From contig CAVPIW010000005.1 of assembly GCA_963705105.1 (NCBI GenBank), positions 256,001 to 320,000 of the forward strand: a stretch of 64,000 nt of DNA. Direction: 5' to 3'. Source of the DNA: an uncultured Nitrospiraceae bacterium (GTDB taxonomy: Bacteria; Nitrospirota; Thermodesulfovibrionia; Thermodesulfovibrionales; Dissulfurispiraceae). The notes under the pieces were generated by a model that was not told the DNA's origin, made no database searches, and worked only from the letters and a program-made list of their open reading frames with translations. The translations under genes were made by a program, and so were the position numbers. Shown one piece after another: positions 10,475 to 21,164 of this stretch. Positions within the stretch are counted from its first letter, which is position 1. Each line of letters opens with the position of its first letter.

Positions 10475-11869
10475 CTATGCCCGGAGCGCCGTCTCCGGGG
10501 TGCGGAGTTCCCTCAGGAGCTCCTCGCCGATGGCGTAGACATTCCCCGCTCCAAGGGTCATGAGGACATCGCCGGGCTTCAGGTCCGAGAGAAGCCGCCC
10601 GATGATATCTCTCTTGTCTCTCACGTGGATCGCGTTTTTGAGGCCCCTGGCCTTCATGACGCCGAGGAGCCGTCCTGAATCGATGCCCTCGATGGGCCGC
10701 TCACCGGCGGGATAGATGTCCATGAGATAGAGGACATCGATGTCGCCGAAGCTCTCCGCGAATTCCTCGAGATGGTCCCGCGTCCTTGTGTAGCGGTGGG
10801 GCTGAAACAGGACGGAGAGCTTCCTGTCGGGGAAGCACTCCCGGGCAGCTTTCAGCGTCGCCCTGACCTCGGCCGGGTGGTGGCCGTAGTCGTCATAGAC
10901 CCTGATCCCCCGGGCCTCCCCCTTCAGCTCGAACCGCCTCTGGATGCCGCTGAAGCCCCTCATGGCATCGGCAATGGCCGGCAGAGGGATCTGCACCTCC
11001 CGGGCCGCCGCGATCGCCGCGAGCCCGTTCAGCACGTTGTGCACACCCGGCACGGGGATGGAGAATGTGCCGAGCGGCTCGCCGCGGAACAGGGCGTCGA
11101 AGACCATCATGGTGCCCGACCGCCTGATATCCCTGGCGCAAAAGTCGGCCGATTCCGAGAACCCGTACGTCAGGACCCTCCGCTCGACAAAGGGAAGCAC
11201 CTCCCTGACGTGTTCGTTTTCGAGGCAGACGATGGAGACGCCGTAGAAGGGCACCTTGTTCATGAATGTGATGAAGGCCCGCTTGAGGTTCTCCATGTCC
11301 CGGAAGAATTCCATGTGCTCCCTGTCGATGTTCGTGATGACGGCGATCACCGGGTTCAGCTTCAGGAAGGACCCGTCGCTCTCATCGGCCTCGGCGACGA
11401 GGAAATCTCCCTGCCCCAGCTTCGCGTTGCTGCCGATTGCCTTGAGCTTCCCGCCGATCACGACGGTCGGGTCCTTGCCCCCCTCGGCGAGGATCGTCGC
11501 GATGAGAGAGGTCGTCGTCGTTTTGCCGTGCGCACCGGCGACGAGGACGCCGTATTTCAACCTTCCCAGTTCCGCGAGCATCTCCGCCCGCGGTATCACC
11601 GGGATCGAACGGCGCCTGGCCTCGACAACCTCGGGGTTCGTCTGCGGCACCGCAGAGGATATGACGACGACATGGGCATGACCCACGTGGGCGCGGTCGT
11701 GTCCGATGGAGATCCTGATTCCCATCGCCGCAAGCCTTCTTGTCGTCTCCGATTCCTTCACGTCCGACCCCGTCACCTCATAGCCGAGGTTGCGCAGGAC
11801 CTCGGCTATGCCGCTCATGCCGACGCCGCCGATGCCCACAAAATGAATGATCCTGTATGTGTTGAACAA
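10475..11869 (-). CDS. murC: UDP-N-acetylmuramate--L-alanine ligase
   Basis: GIGGVGMSG, GAHGKTTTT, EADESD, DDYGHHP; start 11869 or 11890. Confidence 0.97.
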   Translation of the reverse strand: MFNTYRIIHFVGIGGVGMSGIAEVLRNLGYEVTGSDVKESETTRRLAAMGIRISIGHDRAHVGHAHVVVISSAVPQTNPEVVEARRRSIPVIPRAEMLAELGRLKYGVLVAGAHGKTTTTSLIATILAEGGKDPTVVIGGKLKAIGSNAKLGQGDFLVAEADESDGSFLKLNPVIAVITNIDREHMEFFRDMENLKRAFITFMNKVPFYGVSIVCLENEHVREVLPFVERRVLTYGFSESADFCARDIRRSGTMMVFDALFRGEPLGTFSIPVPGVHNVLNGLAAIAAAREVQIPLPAIADAMRGFSGIQRRFELKGEARGIRVYDDYGHHPAEVRATLKAARECFPDRKLSVLFQPHRYTRTRDHLEEFAESFGDIDVLYLMDIYPAGERPIEGIDSGRLLGVMKARGLKNAIHVRDKRDIIGRLLSDLKPGDVLMTLGAGNVYAIGEELLRELRTPETALRA

Positions 11870-11914
11870 CCTTTTCCCCCTGTGTTTCAAATCTGACCGC
11901 CCTGCCGGCGGTCT

Positions 11915-13021
11915 TTACGTCTTCCTTCTCGTCTTCACCAGGCTGACGGCGATCTTCACGATCCTCTCCGCAGCATCCACCCTTCCGCAGGCCCTGGCCG
12001 CCCTCTGCATCTCCTCCCGGAGTCCCCTGTCCTGATAAATCCCGCGGATCTCCCGGGCCAGGACCTTCCCGTCGAGGTCCTTCTGGAGAATGAGCCGCGC
12101 CGCACCCATGTCCTGGAGCTTTCTCGCGTTGAACTCCTGGTGATGCGCCGCCGCAAAGGGATAGGGAACGAGGATCGACGCTTTCCCGACGGCCGTGATC
12201 TCGGCGAGGGCCGTTGCGCCGGACCTGCTGACGACGAGATCGGCCAGCGTGTATGCCTCGGCCATCTGATAGATGAACGGGACGACGATGCCCTGAAACG
12301 AGAGCCTGCGGTATGATTCGGTCACCACTTTATGGTCACGCTCGCCCGTCTGATGCAGGAACTGTATATTTTGCCTCAGGTCGACGAGGTATTGCAACGC
12401 CTCGGCCATGCATTCATTGATGCGCTGTGCGCCTGAGCTTCCCCCGATGATGAGGACCGTGAACTTCTCCCTGTCCAGGGGAAAGAGCCCATAGGCCGCC
12501 TCGATGTCTCTCCGCAGCAGACCGCGCCTGACAGGGTTGCCTGTGAGAAACGTCTTTTCATCGGGGAAAAAAGAGATGCTCTCCTGGTAGGTGACGGCGA
12601 CGGCATCGGCCCACCGGCCGAGAAACCGGTTCGCCAGCCCGGGAACGGCGTTCTGTTCGATGATCATGCAGGGGATGCCCAGCGCATGGGCCGCAAGCAC
12701 CGTCCCGACCGACGCGTACCCGCCCACGCCGATCACGATGTCCGGTTCGAGGGATTTCAGGATGCGGCGTGCGTCAGAGAGGGAGAGAAGAAAGAGCAGG
12801 ATCGCCCGGGCTTTCCTGACGAATGACTTGCCGACGATTCCCTCGGCCCGGACACGGTGAAAGGCATAGCCCTCCCGGGGGACGATGCGCGCCTCGATGC
12901 CGTGGTCCGTGCCGACAAAGACGACGCTGCCGGCGCCCCCCGTCGCCCGGAACTCTTCAGCGACGGCGATGCCCGGAAAGAGGTGTCCTCCCGTGCCACC
13001 GCCGGCGATGACAACCTTCAC
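11915..13021 (-). CDS. murG: Lipid II GlcNAc transferase
   Basis: GGGTGGHLFP, EQNAVPG, GGSSGA, RSGA. Confidence 0.97.
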   Translation of the reverse strand: MKVVIAGGGTGGHLFPGIAVAEEFRATGGAGSVVFVGTDHGIEARIVPREGYAFHRVRAEGIVGKSFVRKARAILLFLLSLSDARRILKSLEPDIVIGVGGYASVGTVLAAHALGIPCMIIEQNAVPGLANRFLGRWADAVAVTYQESISFFPDEKTFLTGNPVRRGLLRRDIEAAYGLFPLDREKFTVLIIGGSSGAQRINECMAEALQYLVDLRQNIQFLHQTGERDHKVVTESYRRLSFQGIVVPFIYQMAEAYTLADLVVSRSGATALAEITAVGKASILVPYPFAAAHHQEFNARKLQDMGAARLILQKDLDGKVLAREIRGIYQDRGLREEMQRAARACGRVDAAERIVKIAVSLVKTRRKT

Positions 13022-14310
13022 CTGTCGTCCTCAGGGTGATCCTTTCCTGCCGGCGTGCTCCTCCGGTACCGGCTGTAGCCGAACCCCCTGTCCCACCGCA
13101 GGGGGGACGTCGCCGGGATCTGCCCCATTGCCGGAGCGGGAGTGTTGTCGCCCGCCCCCTTTCCGATGGCATCCGCCCCCAACGCTTCTCCCACCGTTGC
13201 CGTGCGGCGAGAAACGTTGAGAAGGAGGCCTATGGCCGTCATGCTGACGATGAGCGACGAGCCTCCGTAGCTTATAAAGGGCAGGGGCAGTCCCTTTGTG
13301 GGGACCATTCCCGTGACGACGGCGAAGTTGATGGCTGCCTGGAGGGCGATCATGATTGAGATCCCGAAGGCGAGGTAGTAGGCAAAGAGGTCGTTGGGGT
13401 CTTTGGCCCCCCGGGCGATGGCGACGCCCCGCAGGAAGAGGAAGAGGAAAAGGATCACCACGGCGATGGCGCCGATGAGGCCGACCTCTTCGCCGATGAT
13501 CGAAAAGATGAAGTCCGTGTGCGCCTCCGGCAGAAAGGCGAGTTTCTGTTTGCCCTCACCGAGGCCGATGCCGGCCACTCCTCCGCTGCCGAGAGCGATG
13601 TAGGACTGGATGAGCTGAAACCCGCTCCCCTGCGGATCGGCCCAGGGATCGAGAAAGGCCAGGATCCGTTTCAGCCTGTACGGCTTCATTGCAAGCATGA
13701 CAACGACGGGCAGTGCAGCCCCTGAAAGGCACAGGAGATATCGCATCCTCGTCCCCGCGAGAAACAGCAGGAACATGGTGATGATCCCGAGGCTCATGAC
13801 GGCCCCGAAATCGGGCTGCTTGATGAAGATGCCCTGAAAGACGACCATCACGCCGATGGGGATGACAAAGGAAGCGACGGAGTCCTTCCTGAAATGTTCG
13901 CTGCTCGCATACCAGGCGAGAAAAAGGACAACGGAGAGCTTCACCAGCTCCGAGGGCTGGAAGGCCGACGGCCAGAGCCTCAGCCAGCGCCTCGCCCCGC
14001 CCGCCCTGACGCCCAGAGGTGTAAACACGAGCAGGACGCCGATCAGCGAGATGACGAGCAGTGGGATGACGAGTTTTTTAATGGTTTCCAGGGGGAGTCT
14101 CGACGCGGCGATGAGGGCTAAGAGACCGAGAATCGCCGTGAAGACCTGCTTCTTCACATAATGGAACTGGCTCAGCGTTGACTGTTTACCCGCCTGTTTT
14201 TCCATGACGTCGGGGCTTATGACGGACGTCGAGCTGTACACACCTGTCAGCCCGATGAGAATGAGCAGGGAAACGACAACGAGGATGGAGCGGTCGTAAA
14301 AAGCAGTCAT
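13018..14310 (-). CDS. ftsW: SEDS peptidoglycan polymerase FtsW
   Basis: QPSELVK, LPEAHTDFI, KGLPLPFISYGGSS; dcw position. Confidence 0.95.
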   Translation of the reverse strand: MTAFYDRSILVVVSLLILIGLTGVYSSTSVISPDVMEKQAGKQSTLSQFHYVKKQVFTAILGLLALIAASRLPLETIKKLVIPLLVISLIGVLLVFTPLGVRAGGARRWLRLWPSAFQPSELVKLSVVLFLAWYASSEHFRKDSVASFVIPIGVMVVFQGIFIKQPDFGAVMSLGIITMFLLFLAGTRMRYLLCLSGAALPVVVMLAMKPYRLKRILAFLDPWADPQGSGFQLIQSYIALGSGGVAGIGLGEGKQKLAFLPEAHTDFIFSIIGEEVGLIGAIAVVILFLFLFLRGVAIARGAKDPNDLFAYYLAFGISIMIALQAAINFAVVTGMVPTKGLPLPFISYGGSSLIVSMTAIGLLLNVSRRTATVGEALGADAIGKGAGDNTPAPAMGQIPATSPLRWDRGFGYSRYRRSTPAGKDHPEDDR

Positions 14311-15737
14311 AGTGCCAGCACCGCCTCCTTGAACTGCCTTCCCCGGTCTTCGAAATCCCTGAACATGTCGAAACTCGCGCAGGCCGGAGACAGGAGCACC
14401 ACATCACCGCTGACGGCAAGGTCTCGGGCCTTCCTGACGGCCGACACCAGCGTCCCTTCCCGGTGCGTCGCCGTGTCGTCGCCGACGGCCTTTTCGATCT
14501 TCCCTGCCGCCTCGCCGATAAGAATGAGAGCCTTCACTCGTTCTTTCACCAGCGGCCCCAGGACCGGGAAGTCGCCGTCCTTGTCCCTCCCGCCGGCGAT
14601 GAGGATGACAGGGCGGTCGAAGCTTTCGAGTGACTTGACGACGGCGCCCACATTCGTGCCCTTCGAGTCGTTGATGTAGGTGACGCCGCCCACCTCCCTC
14701 ACGAACTCGAGCCGGTGCTCGAGGCCGGGAAAGCGCTGCAGGACGTCCGTCACGGCCTTTCCGCTGCAGCCGAAGAGCAGCGCCGTCAATGACGCGGCCA
14801 TGGCGTTTTCGATGTTGTGCACCCCCTTGATGACGAAGGTGGTCGGGTCGAGGGTGAACCCTGACGGCAGTTGCGCGGCGCAGCGAAGGGGGAGGTCGAA
14901 CCGGATGATCCCGTCTTCGTAAAACGCTCCCTTTACCGCTCCTTTTCTGCTGAAGAAGTAGCGTTCGGGACCTTTTTGCGCACCGAGGCCCGCGCGGTCC
15001 ATCCGGGAGAGGACGTCCGGTGTCACCGCGTCGTCCGCATTGAGAACGGCGAAATCGTCGCCTCTTTGGTTGAGGAAAACGCGGCACTTGGCATCGGTGT
15101 ATGCGGAAAGGGATGGGTACCTGTCCATATGGTCCGGCGTGACATTCAGGAGAGCGGCCCCACGGGGCCTGAAAGTCTGAATCGTCTCGAGCTGGAAACT
15201 GGAGAGCTCGACGACGACGGCAGACCGGCCCTGTCTCTCTTTGCCCGCCTTCTCCGCGCCGGTCCTGATCATCTCGTCCGTTAGTGCCGTGCCGATGTTG
15301 CCGCCCAGGAGTGCGGGAAATCCGCTCTCCTTCACCATCTCATAAAGCAGCATCGTCGTCGTCGATTTCCCGTTCGTCCCCGTGACGGCCAGAAACTCCA
15401 TCCCGGCGTCGCGGTCCGTCATGACCCGGTAGGCGAGCTCCAGCTCACCGATGATCGGGATGCCTTTGTCGGCGGCCTTTTGCAGCGGCGCGATCGTCAG
15501 GGGGACGCCGGGACTGACGACGATGAGGTCAGCCGTTTCAAACAGGGCGGGAGGATGACCGCCCATTTCCCGGCGGATGCCCCGGGGAAGCCTGCCGAGG
15601 ACATCCCCCAACTCCTCCGGGCCTTTCCGGTCCGTCACGGTCACATCGGCGCCGAGTCCGTGAAGGAGCGTCGCCGCACCGGCCCCGCTGCGGGCGAGGC
15701 CGACGACTGTCACCCGTTTTCCCCTGAAATCGATCAT
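14307..15737 (-). CDS. murD: UDP-MurNAc-L-Ala--D-Glu ligase
   Basis: GTNGKSTT, ELSSFQL, NDSKGTN, SPACASFD. Confidence 0.97.
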   Translation of the reverse strand: MIDFRGKRVTVVGLARSGAGAATLLHGLGADVTVTDRKGPEELGDVLGRLPRGIRREMGGHPPALFETADLIVVSPGVPLTIAPLQKAADKGIPIIGELELAYRVMTDRDAGMEFLAVTGTNGKSTTTMLLYEMVKESGFPALLGGNIGTALTDEMIRTGAEKAGKERQGRSAVVVELSSFQLETIQTFRPRGAALLNVTPDHMDRYPSLSAYTDAKCRVFLNQRGDDFAVLNADDAVTPDVLSRMDRAGLGAQKGPERYFFSRKGAVKGAFYEDGIIRFDLPLRCAAQLPSGFTLDPTTFVIKGVHNIENAMAASLTALLFGCSGKAVTDVLQRFPGLEHRLEFVREVGGVTYINDSKGTNVGAVVKSLESFDRPVILIAGGRDKDGDFPVLGPLVKERVKALILIGEAAGKIEKAVGDDTATHREGTLVSAVRKARDLAVSGDVVLLSPACASFDMFRDFEDRGRQFKEAVLAL

Positions 15738-15761
15738 GATCCCGACAGCACCGGCGGGGAA

Positions 15762-16898
15762 TTAAGAGTTATCCGGAACGGACCCGTTCCGGGCCTGCAG
15801 TTGCCGAGATTTGGGCTGCTTCGTCCCTGATTTCTTCGTCGCGGCCTTTTTGGAGGTCGTTCCTCCCTTCGTTTTCGCCTTGACGGTCGTCTTCTTCCGA
15901 TCCGCCGCGGCGACGCTTGTCTTCTTGCCACGTGACTTTTCGGCCTTGCTCACTTTCCTGTCCGCCTTCGCCGGCGCGTAGGAGGCCAGCACGAAGGGTC
16001 TCTCGGAGGTATCCTTCACATAGATGACGGGCCTGGCCCTCTCGGTAACGACGTCATAGCCCTTGGCGAGTAGGTCCGTCGACTCTTCCCAGAGGCCTTC
16101 CCGGGCCGCCTCACCGAGGACGGCCGTTATGAGCATCGACTCTCCCCTTTGGGCGGCGCAGACGAAGCAGTGCCGCGCCGCCTTTGTGTATCCCGTCTTG
16201 CCGCCCACCACGTCGTCATCCGTCCAGAGGAGGTTGTTGGTGTTCTTGACGAAGAGCCCCCTGCCTCCCTGGGTATAGACTTTTTTGGTCCGCGTGCTGA
16301 CGATCTCCCTGATGAGCGGGTACGTGAGCGCCTCCTTCATGACCTTTGTGAGATCGAAGGCCGTTATATGCTGCCCCGGACCGGGAAGTCCCGAGGCATT
16401 GATGAACCGGGTGTTGTGGGCGCCGATGCGCTGGACCTTTTCGTTCATCAGCGTTGCAAAGGCGTCCTCCGATCCGGCAACGGCTTCAGCGAGGACCACT
16501 GTCGCCCCGTTGACGGACCTCATGAGTGCGAGATGAAGGAGGTTCCTGACGCTGATGCGCTCGTTCTGCCTGAGATGAGGCGCAACGGACGGCACGTCGG
16601 CGGCATTGGCGCTGACGGTGACGACGGAATCGGGATGGATCCTGTCGAGAACGACCATTGCCGTGACGAGTTTTGTCGTACTCGCGGGGGGCAGCTTGAG
16701 GTGAGGGTTCTTCGCGTAGAGTATCCGTTCGGAGCCCGCGTCGATAACAACGGCGGCGGCCGCCGAAATCTCCTCGGCCGGCGCGGCGGCGGGCAATGAC
16801 AGCGCTGGCATGACGAGGAGGATGAGGGTGAGCGCAAGGATGGGCCATTTGCCGTCCTTAAAGAGGAATCTCCCGTGCCTGTTCCGGATATGCTTCAT
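15762..16898 (-). CDS. D-alanyl-D-alanine carboxypeptidase (peptidase S11) with Lys-rich tail
   Basis: Signal peptide; PASTTK (SxxK), SVN (SxN), GKTGYT (KTG). Confidence 0.9.
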   Translation of the reverse strand: MKHIRNRHGRFLFKDGKWPILALTLILLVMPALSLPAAAPAEEISAAAAVVIDAGSERILYAKNPHLKLPPASTTKLVTAMVVLDRIHPDSVVTVSANAADVPSVAPHLRQNERISVRNLLHLALMRSVNGATVVLAEAVAGSEDAFATLMNEKVQRIGAHNTRFINASGLPGPGQHITAFDLTKVMKEALTYPLIREIVSTRTKKVYTQGGRGLFVKNTNNLLWTDDDVVGGKTGYTKAARHCFVCAAQRGESMLITAVLGEAAREGLWEESTDLLAKGYDVVTERARPVIYVKDTSERPFVLASYAPAKADRKVSKAEKSRGKKTSVAAADRKKTTVKAKTKGGTTSKKAATKKSGTKQPKSRQLQARNGSVPDNS

Positions 16899-16902
16899 CG
16901 TT

Positions 16903-17985
16903 TCACCTCAATTTTAATGTTGCAAGACTGAATAAGGCAAGGATAATACCGACGATCCAGAACCGCAGGACGACCTTGGGCTCCGGCCAGCCTTTGAGCT
17001 CGAAGTGGTGGTGGATCGGCGCCATCTTGAAGATCCTCCGGCCTGTCAGCCTGTAGGAGGCGACCTGCATGACGACGGAAACGGTCTCGATGACGAAGAT
17101 GCCGCCGACTATGGCGAGGACGATCTCGTGCTTCGTGATCACCGCGAGTGTCCCGAGGGCGCCCCCGATCCCGAGGGATCCCACATCGCCCATGAAGATC
17201 TCGGCCGGATGGGCGTTATACCAGAGGAACCCGAGGGACGCGCCGAATAGGGCGCCGCAGAAGACCGTCAGCTCCCCGATCCCCGGCAGGTACAGCACCT
17301 GAAGGTAGCGGGCGAACTGCGCGTGTCCCGACAGGTACACGAGGGCCCCGTTGGCGAGGGTGGCGATGGCGACGAGACCGATGGCGAGGCCGTCGATCCC
17401 ATCGGTGAGATTGACGGCATTCGATGACCCCACCATGACGAACATCGAAAAAGGCACGTAGAGCATGCCGAAGTCGAAGAGCCACTTCTTGAAAAACGGC
17501 ACACTCAGAACCGTTGTGTACGGGTCGTGGGGGTTCGCATACAGAAATGTGCCTATGGCGAGGGCAAGGGCCACCTGTCCTCCGAATTTGTAACGTCCTT
17601 TCAATCCTTTCGGGTTTTTCTTGATCATCTTGAGGTAGTCGTCGACAAAGCCGATGGCGCCGAACCCGAGGAGGGCCGTCATGACGACGCAGATGTAAAC
17701 ATTCCGGAAATCCCCCCACATCGCCATCGACACAACGATCGATGCGAGAATGATGATGCCGCCCATGGTCGGAGTGCCCGACTTGGCATGGTGGGTGCTG
17801 GGGCCGTCATCCCTGATCTGCTGGATCATGCTGATCTGCTTGAGCCACCTGATCAGGGGAGGGGCGATGATGAACGTGACGATCAGCGCCGTAAAGGAGG
17901 CAAGGGCCGACCGGAACGTGATGTACCGGAAGACGTTGAACGGAGAGTAGTATTCATGCAAACCGTAGAGCGCCTCGTAGAGCAT
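16903..17985 (-). CDS. mraY: Phospho-MurNAc-pentapeptide transferase
   Basis: KSGTPTMGG, NAVNLTDGIDG, FMGDVGS, MAPIHHHFE. Confidence 0.98.
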   Translation of the reverse strand: MLYEALYGLHEYYSPFNVFRYITFRSALASFTALIVTFIIAPPLIRWLKQISMIQQIRDDGPSTHHAKSGTPTMGGIIILASIVVSMAMWGDFRNVYICVVMTALLGFGAIGFVDDYLKMIKKNPKGLKGRYKFGGQVALALAIGTFLYANPHDPYTTVLSVPFFKKWLFDFGMLYVPFSMFVMVGSSNAVNLTDGIDGLAIGLVAIATLANGALVYLSGHAQFARYLQVLYLPGIGELTVFCGALFGASLGFLWYNAHPAEIFMGDVGSLGIGGALGTLAVITKHEIVLAIVGGIFVIETVSVVMQVASYRLTGRRIFKMAPIHHHFELKGWPEPKVVLRFWIVGIILALFSLATLKLR

Positions 17986-17989
17986 GGCG

Positions 17990-19393
17990 TTAGTCCCCGA
18001 CCCCGAGTTCGGTCAGCACCCGTTCCATCCGCATACCCCGCGATCCCTTGATGAAGACGATGTCTCCGCTTCCGGCGCATTTCCTGAGCTCCGACGCCGC
18101 CTCCTCGGGGCTCGCCAATGCGACCGCCTTTCCGCTGTATCCCGACACGGCCGCCTGCATACGGGCGCCCACACCGATGAAGAGGTCCAGGGGAAGCCCC
18201 GACAACCACTCCCCCAGCCGCCGGTGCTCGGACTCGCTCTGCTCTCCCAGCTCGAACATGTCTCCCAGGACCGCATAGGCATGGCGGTAGGGGCGGGAAC
18301 GGTGCTGATCTCCCGCAGAGATGAACCGGGCGAATTCGGCAAGGGACGACCTCATGGAGGAAGGGTTTGCGTTGTAGACATCGCTGATGAATGTCACACT
18401 GCCCTGCCTCTTAATGACGAAACGCATGTTCACTCCCCTGAAGGACCCGATGCCCTCCCTGATCTGATCGGCCGCACTGCCCAGTGAACGGGCCGTCGCG
18501 GCAGCAGCGAGACAGTTGAGCACATTAAACTGTCCCGGCAGGGGGGAGCATATATCGACCGTACCACCGTCGAAACAGAGCGTGAAGGCCGACCCTTCCA
18601 GCGATATGGAGAGGTTCCTTGCCGTCACAGCCGCATCAGCACTTTCAACGCCGTAGGTGACAAGTTCTCCACTGTAGGATGCCCTGACGCCTTCCATGAG
18701 GAATGCGTCATCGGCATTCACGATCAGGCGCTTCACATAGGGCAGGATCTCGAGTTCGGCCCGCCTCACCCCTTCGATGCTGCCGAAGCCCTCAAGGTGT
18801 TCATACCCGATATTTGTGATCACCGCCGTGTCGGGCGATGCGATCCTGCACAGCTCATCCACGTCGCCCGGTCTGTTCGTGCCCATTTCGAGGACCATCG
18901 CGCCCGTGTTCTCTTCAAGTCCGGTCATGCAGAGGGGCATGCCGATGGCGTTGTTCAGGTTTCCCGATGTCTTCAGGACTTTCATCCCACTGCCGAGAAT
19001 CGAGGCGATGAGCTCCTTCGTCGTCGTTTTGCCGTTGCTCCCGATGACACCGATGACAGGCCCCCGGCATTTCGTCCGCGCCGAACGGGCCATATCATGA
19101 AGGGCCTTCAGCGTGTCGGCGACGAGCAGGACCGTCTTTCCCTGCCATCTTCCGCGACCGCCGTCATCAACGAAGGCATCGGGCCCCGGCAGACGGCTCA
19201 CGATGGCCCCGCCGCCGGTCTTCAAGGCCTGTGCGAAGAATTCGTGTCCGTCGAAGCGCTCGCCTTTCAGCGCGAGAAAGAGCTCGCCGGGACGGATCGT
19301 CCGGGAATCGATGGACAGGGCTGTAAAGGTCTCCTCCCCGCGGGAGATGATCTGTGCGCCCGTCGCGTCTATGATCTCTTCAAACTGCAGCAT
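17990..19393 (-). CDS. murF: UDP-MurNAc-tripeptide--D-Ala-D-Ala ligase
   Basis: GSNGKTTTKE, DVYNANPSSM, LGDMFELG, KGSRGMRME. Confidence 0.96.
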   Translation of the reverse strand: MLQFEEIIDATGAQIISRGEETFTALSIDSRTIRPGELFLALKGERFDGHEFFAQALKTGGGAIVSRLPGPDAFVDDGGRGRWQGKTVLLVADTLKALHDMARSARTKCRGPVIGVIGSNGKTTTKELIASILGSGMKVLKTSGNLNNAIGMPLCMTGLEENTGAMVLEMGTNRPGDVDELCRIASPDTAVITNIGYEHLEGFGSIEGVRRAELEILPYVKRLIVNADDAFLMEGVRASYSGELVTYGVESADAAVTARNLSISLEGSAFTLCFDGGTVDICSPLPGQFNVLNCLAAAATARSLGSAADQIREGIGSFRGVNMRFVIKRQGSVTFISDVYNANPSSMRSSLAEFARFISAGDQHRSRPYRHAYAVLGDMFELGEQSESEHRRLGEWLSGLPLDLFIGVGARMQAAVSGYSGKAVALASPEEAASELRKCAGSGDIVFIKGSRGMRMERVLTELGVGD

Positions 19394-21023
19394 TCCCCTG
19401 TCCTGTCCTGTCTCCCGGCGGGCTCTTGCGCCCGCCTCTTCGCTTCACAGCCGCTTGTATGGCTTCCCTGTCGCTGAAGTGCGTCCGTACCCCCCTGACT
19501 TCCTGGTAGTCCTCGTGCCCTTTGCCGGCGACGAGCACGATGTCGCCCCTATCCGCCATCACAACGGCAAGAGCAATCGCCGTTTCCCGGTCCGGTATCA
19601 CCACATGTCGGTCACCTTGCATGCCCTGTTCAATGTCGGCGATGATCGCGCCGGGGTCCTCGAATCTCGGGTTGTCGGACGTGACGATGACGAAGTCGCT
19701 CAGTTCCGCGGCGATTTTCCCCATGACCGGCCTTTTGCCCCGGTCCCTGTCTCCTCCGCACCCGAAAACGGTAATGATCCGTCCGGGCTCTTTCCGGCGG
19801 ACCGGGCTGTGACCGTCCCCGTTTTCAAGGAGTTGACGGGCCGTTGTGATGAGGCGTTCGAGGGCATCGCCCGTGTGCGCATAATCGACGACAGCCAGGA
19901 ACTCCTGTCCCGCATCGACCTTCTCGAACCTGCCGTCTACGGCCCCAGCCGATGATATCCCGTCGCGGACAACCTCGGGAGGTATGCCGAGACAATATGA
20001 GGCGGCGATGGCGGCAAGCATGTTGTAGACGTTCGTCCTGCCGACGAGCGACGAGGCGACGGTCCATGGCCCCTTGACGCCGCTGCCGGGAGCGTCTCCC
20101 GGCGCACTCAGGCCGGCCGGGACGCATCTTCCTTCCCGGTCCCTGACGTCTATCCTGAAGGAGGTCCCGCTGACGCCCGTCTTCATCTCCGAGGCGGTCA
20201 GTCCTGCCTCCTTGCTTGTAATCCCATAGGTCAGGACGGAGACGTCCCTTCTCACATCCCTCAGCTTCGCCGCCAGGCGTCGTCCGTACGGATCGTCCAC
20301 GTTGACAACAGCGCACCCTCCCTCATCGAGCAGTTCCGTGAAAAGCCTTTCTTTGGCGGTGAAATACTCTTCCATCGTCCCATGAAAGTCCAGGTGGTCC
20401 CTTGTCAGGTTCGTAAAGACCGCTGCGGAGAACCTTGTGCAGTCGGCCCTCCGCTGGGCGAGGCCGTGTGAGGACACCTCGGCGACGACGTGCGAGCACC
20501 CCGCATCTGCCATGCTCCTTAAGAGTCTCTGGAAATCGGAGGCTTCGGGCGTCGTGTGAGGGGCATCGAAGGCCTCCCGGCCGATCAGGTACCGGATCGT
20601 GCCGATCAGCCCGGCCTTCTTCCCCCACCTCTCGATGACGGATTTCAGGAGATAGGACGTCGTCGTCTTTCCGTTTGTGCCCGTAATCCCCGCAACCGTC
20701 AGTGCGTCAGACGGCCTCCCGTAAAAAAGACTCGAAAAGGACGCGAGGGCTTCACGCGTGTCCGGCGCCTCGATCCATGTCACGCCGGCAGCCGATGACA
20801 TGATGTCCGCAAGGTCCCCTGCCCCTTTTTCAAAGGCAATCGCCGCGGCCCCCCTGCCGACGGCGTCGCCGATGTAGGCGTGACCGTCGCTCCTCTCACC
20901 CCGTATGGCCACGAAGAGGTCCCCGCGGCGCACTTGCCTCGAGTCATAGGTGACGCTGCTGACCGTCCCGTCACCGTCGCCTCTGACAAGACGGGCGCTT
21001 CCGATGATGTCCCTGATCTTCAC
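19380..21023 (-). CDS. murE: UDP-MurNAc-dipeptide--diaminopimelate ligase
   Basis: GTNGKTTT, TTPE, DYAHT, FGCGGDRD, DNPR, GKGHE. Confidence 0.96.
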   Translation of the reverse strand: MKIRDIIGSARLVRGDGDGTVSSVTYDSRQVRRGDLFVAIRGERSDGHAYIGDAVGRGAAAIAFEKGAGDLADIMSSAAGVTWIEAPDTREALASFSSLFYGRPSDALTVAGITGTNGKTTTSYLLKSVIERWGKKAGLIGTIRYLIGREAFDAPHTTPEASDFQRLLRSMADAGCSHVVAEVSSHGLAQRRADCTRFSAAVFTNLTRDHLDFHGTMEEYFTAKERLFTELLDEGGCAVVNVDDPYGRRLAAKLRDVRRDVSVLTYGITSKEAGLTASEMKTGVSGTSFRIDVRDREGRCVPAGLSAPGDAPGSGVKGPWTVASSLVGRTNVYNMLAAIAASYCLGIPPEVVRDGISSAGAVDGRFEKVDAGQEFLAVVDYAHTGDALERLITTARQLLENGDGHSPVRRKEPGRIITVFGCGGDRDRGKRPVMGKIAAELSDFVIVTSDNPRFEDPGAIIADIEQGMQGDRHVVIPDRETAIALAVVMADRGDIVLVAGKGHEDYQEVRGVRTHFSDREAIQAAVKRRGGRKSPPGDRTGQGNAAV

Positions 21024-21164
21024 TGAGCCGCTGTGTGACACGGCAGGACGGGGCGCCTCAAGGTGTCATTGAATGGGACGATGACAGGTCTAATCGGTTC
21101 TCCTCGATTGCATTTTCCGCGCATAGCACAATCCCCTGAAGCGGCGGCCCGGTGATCGGAGCGC

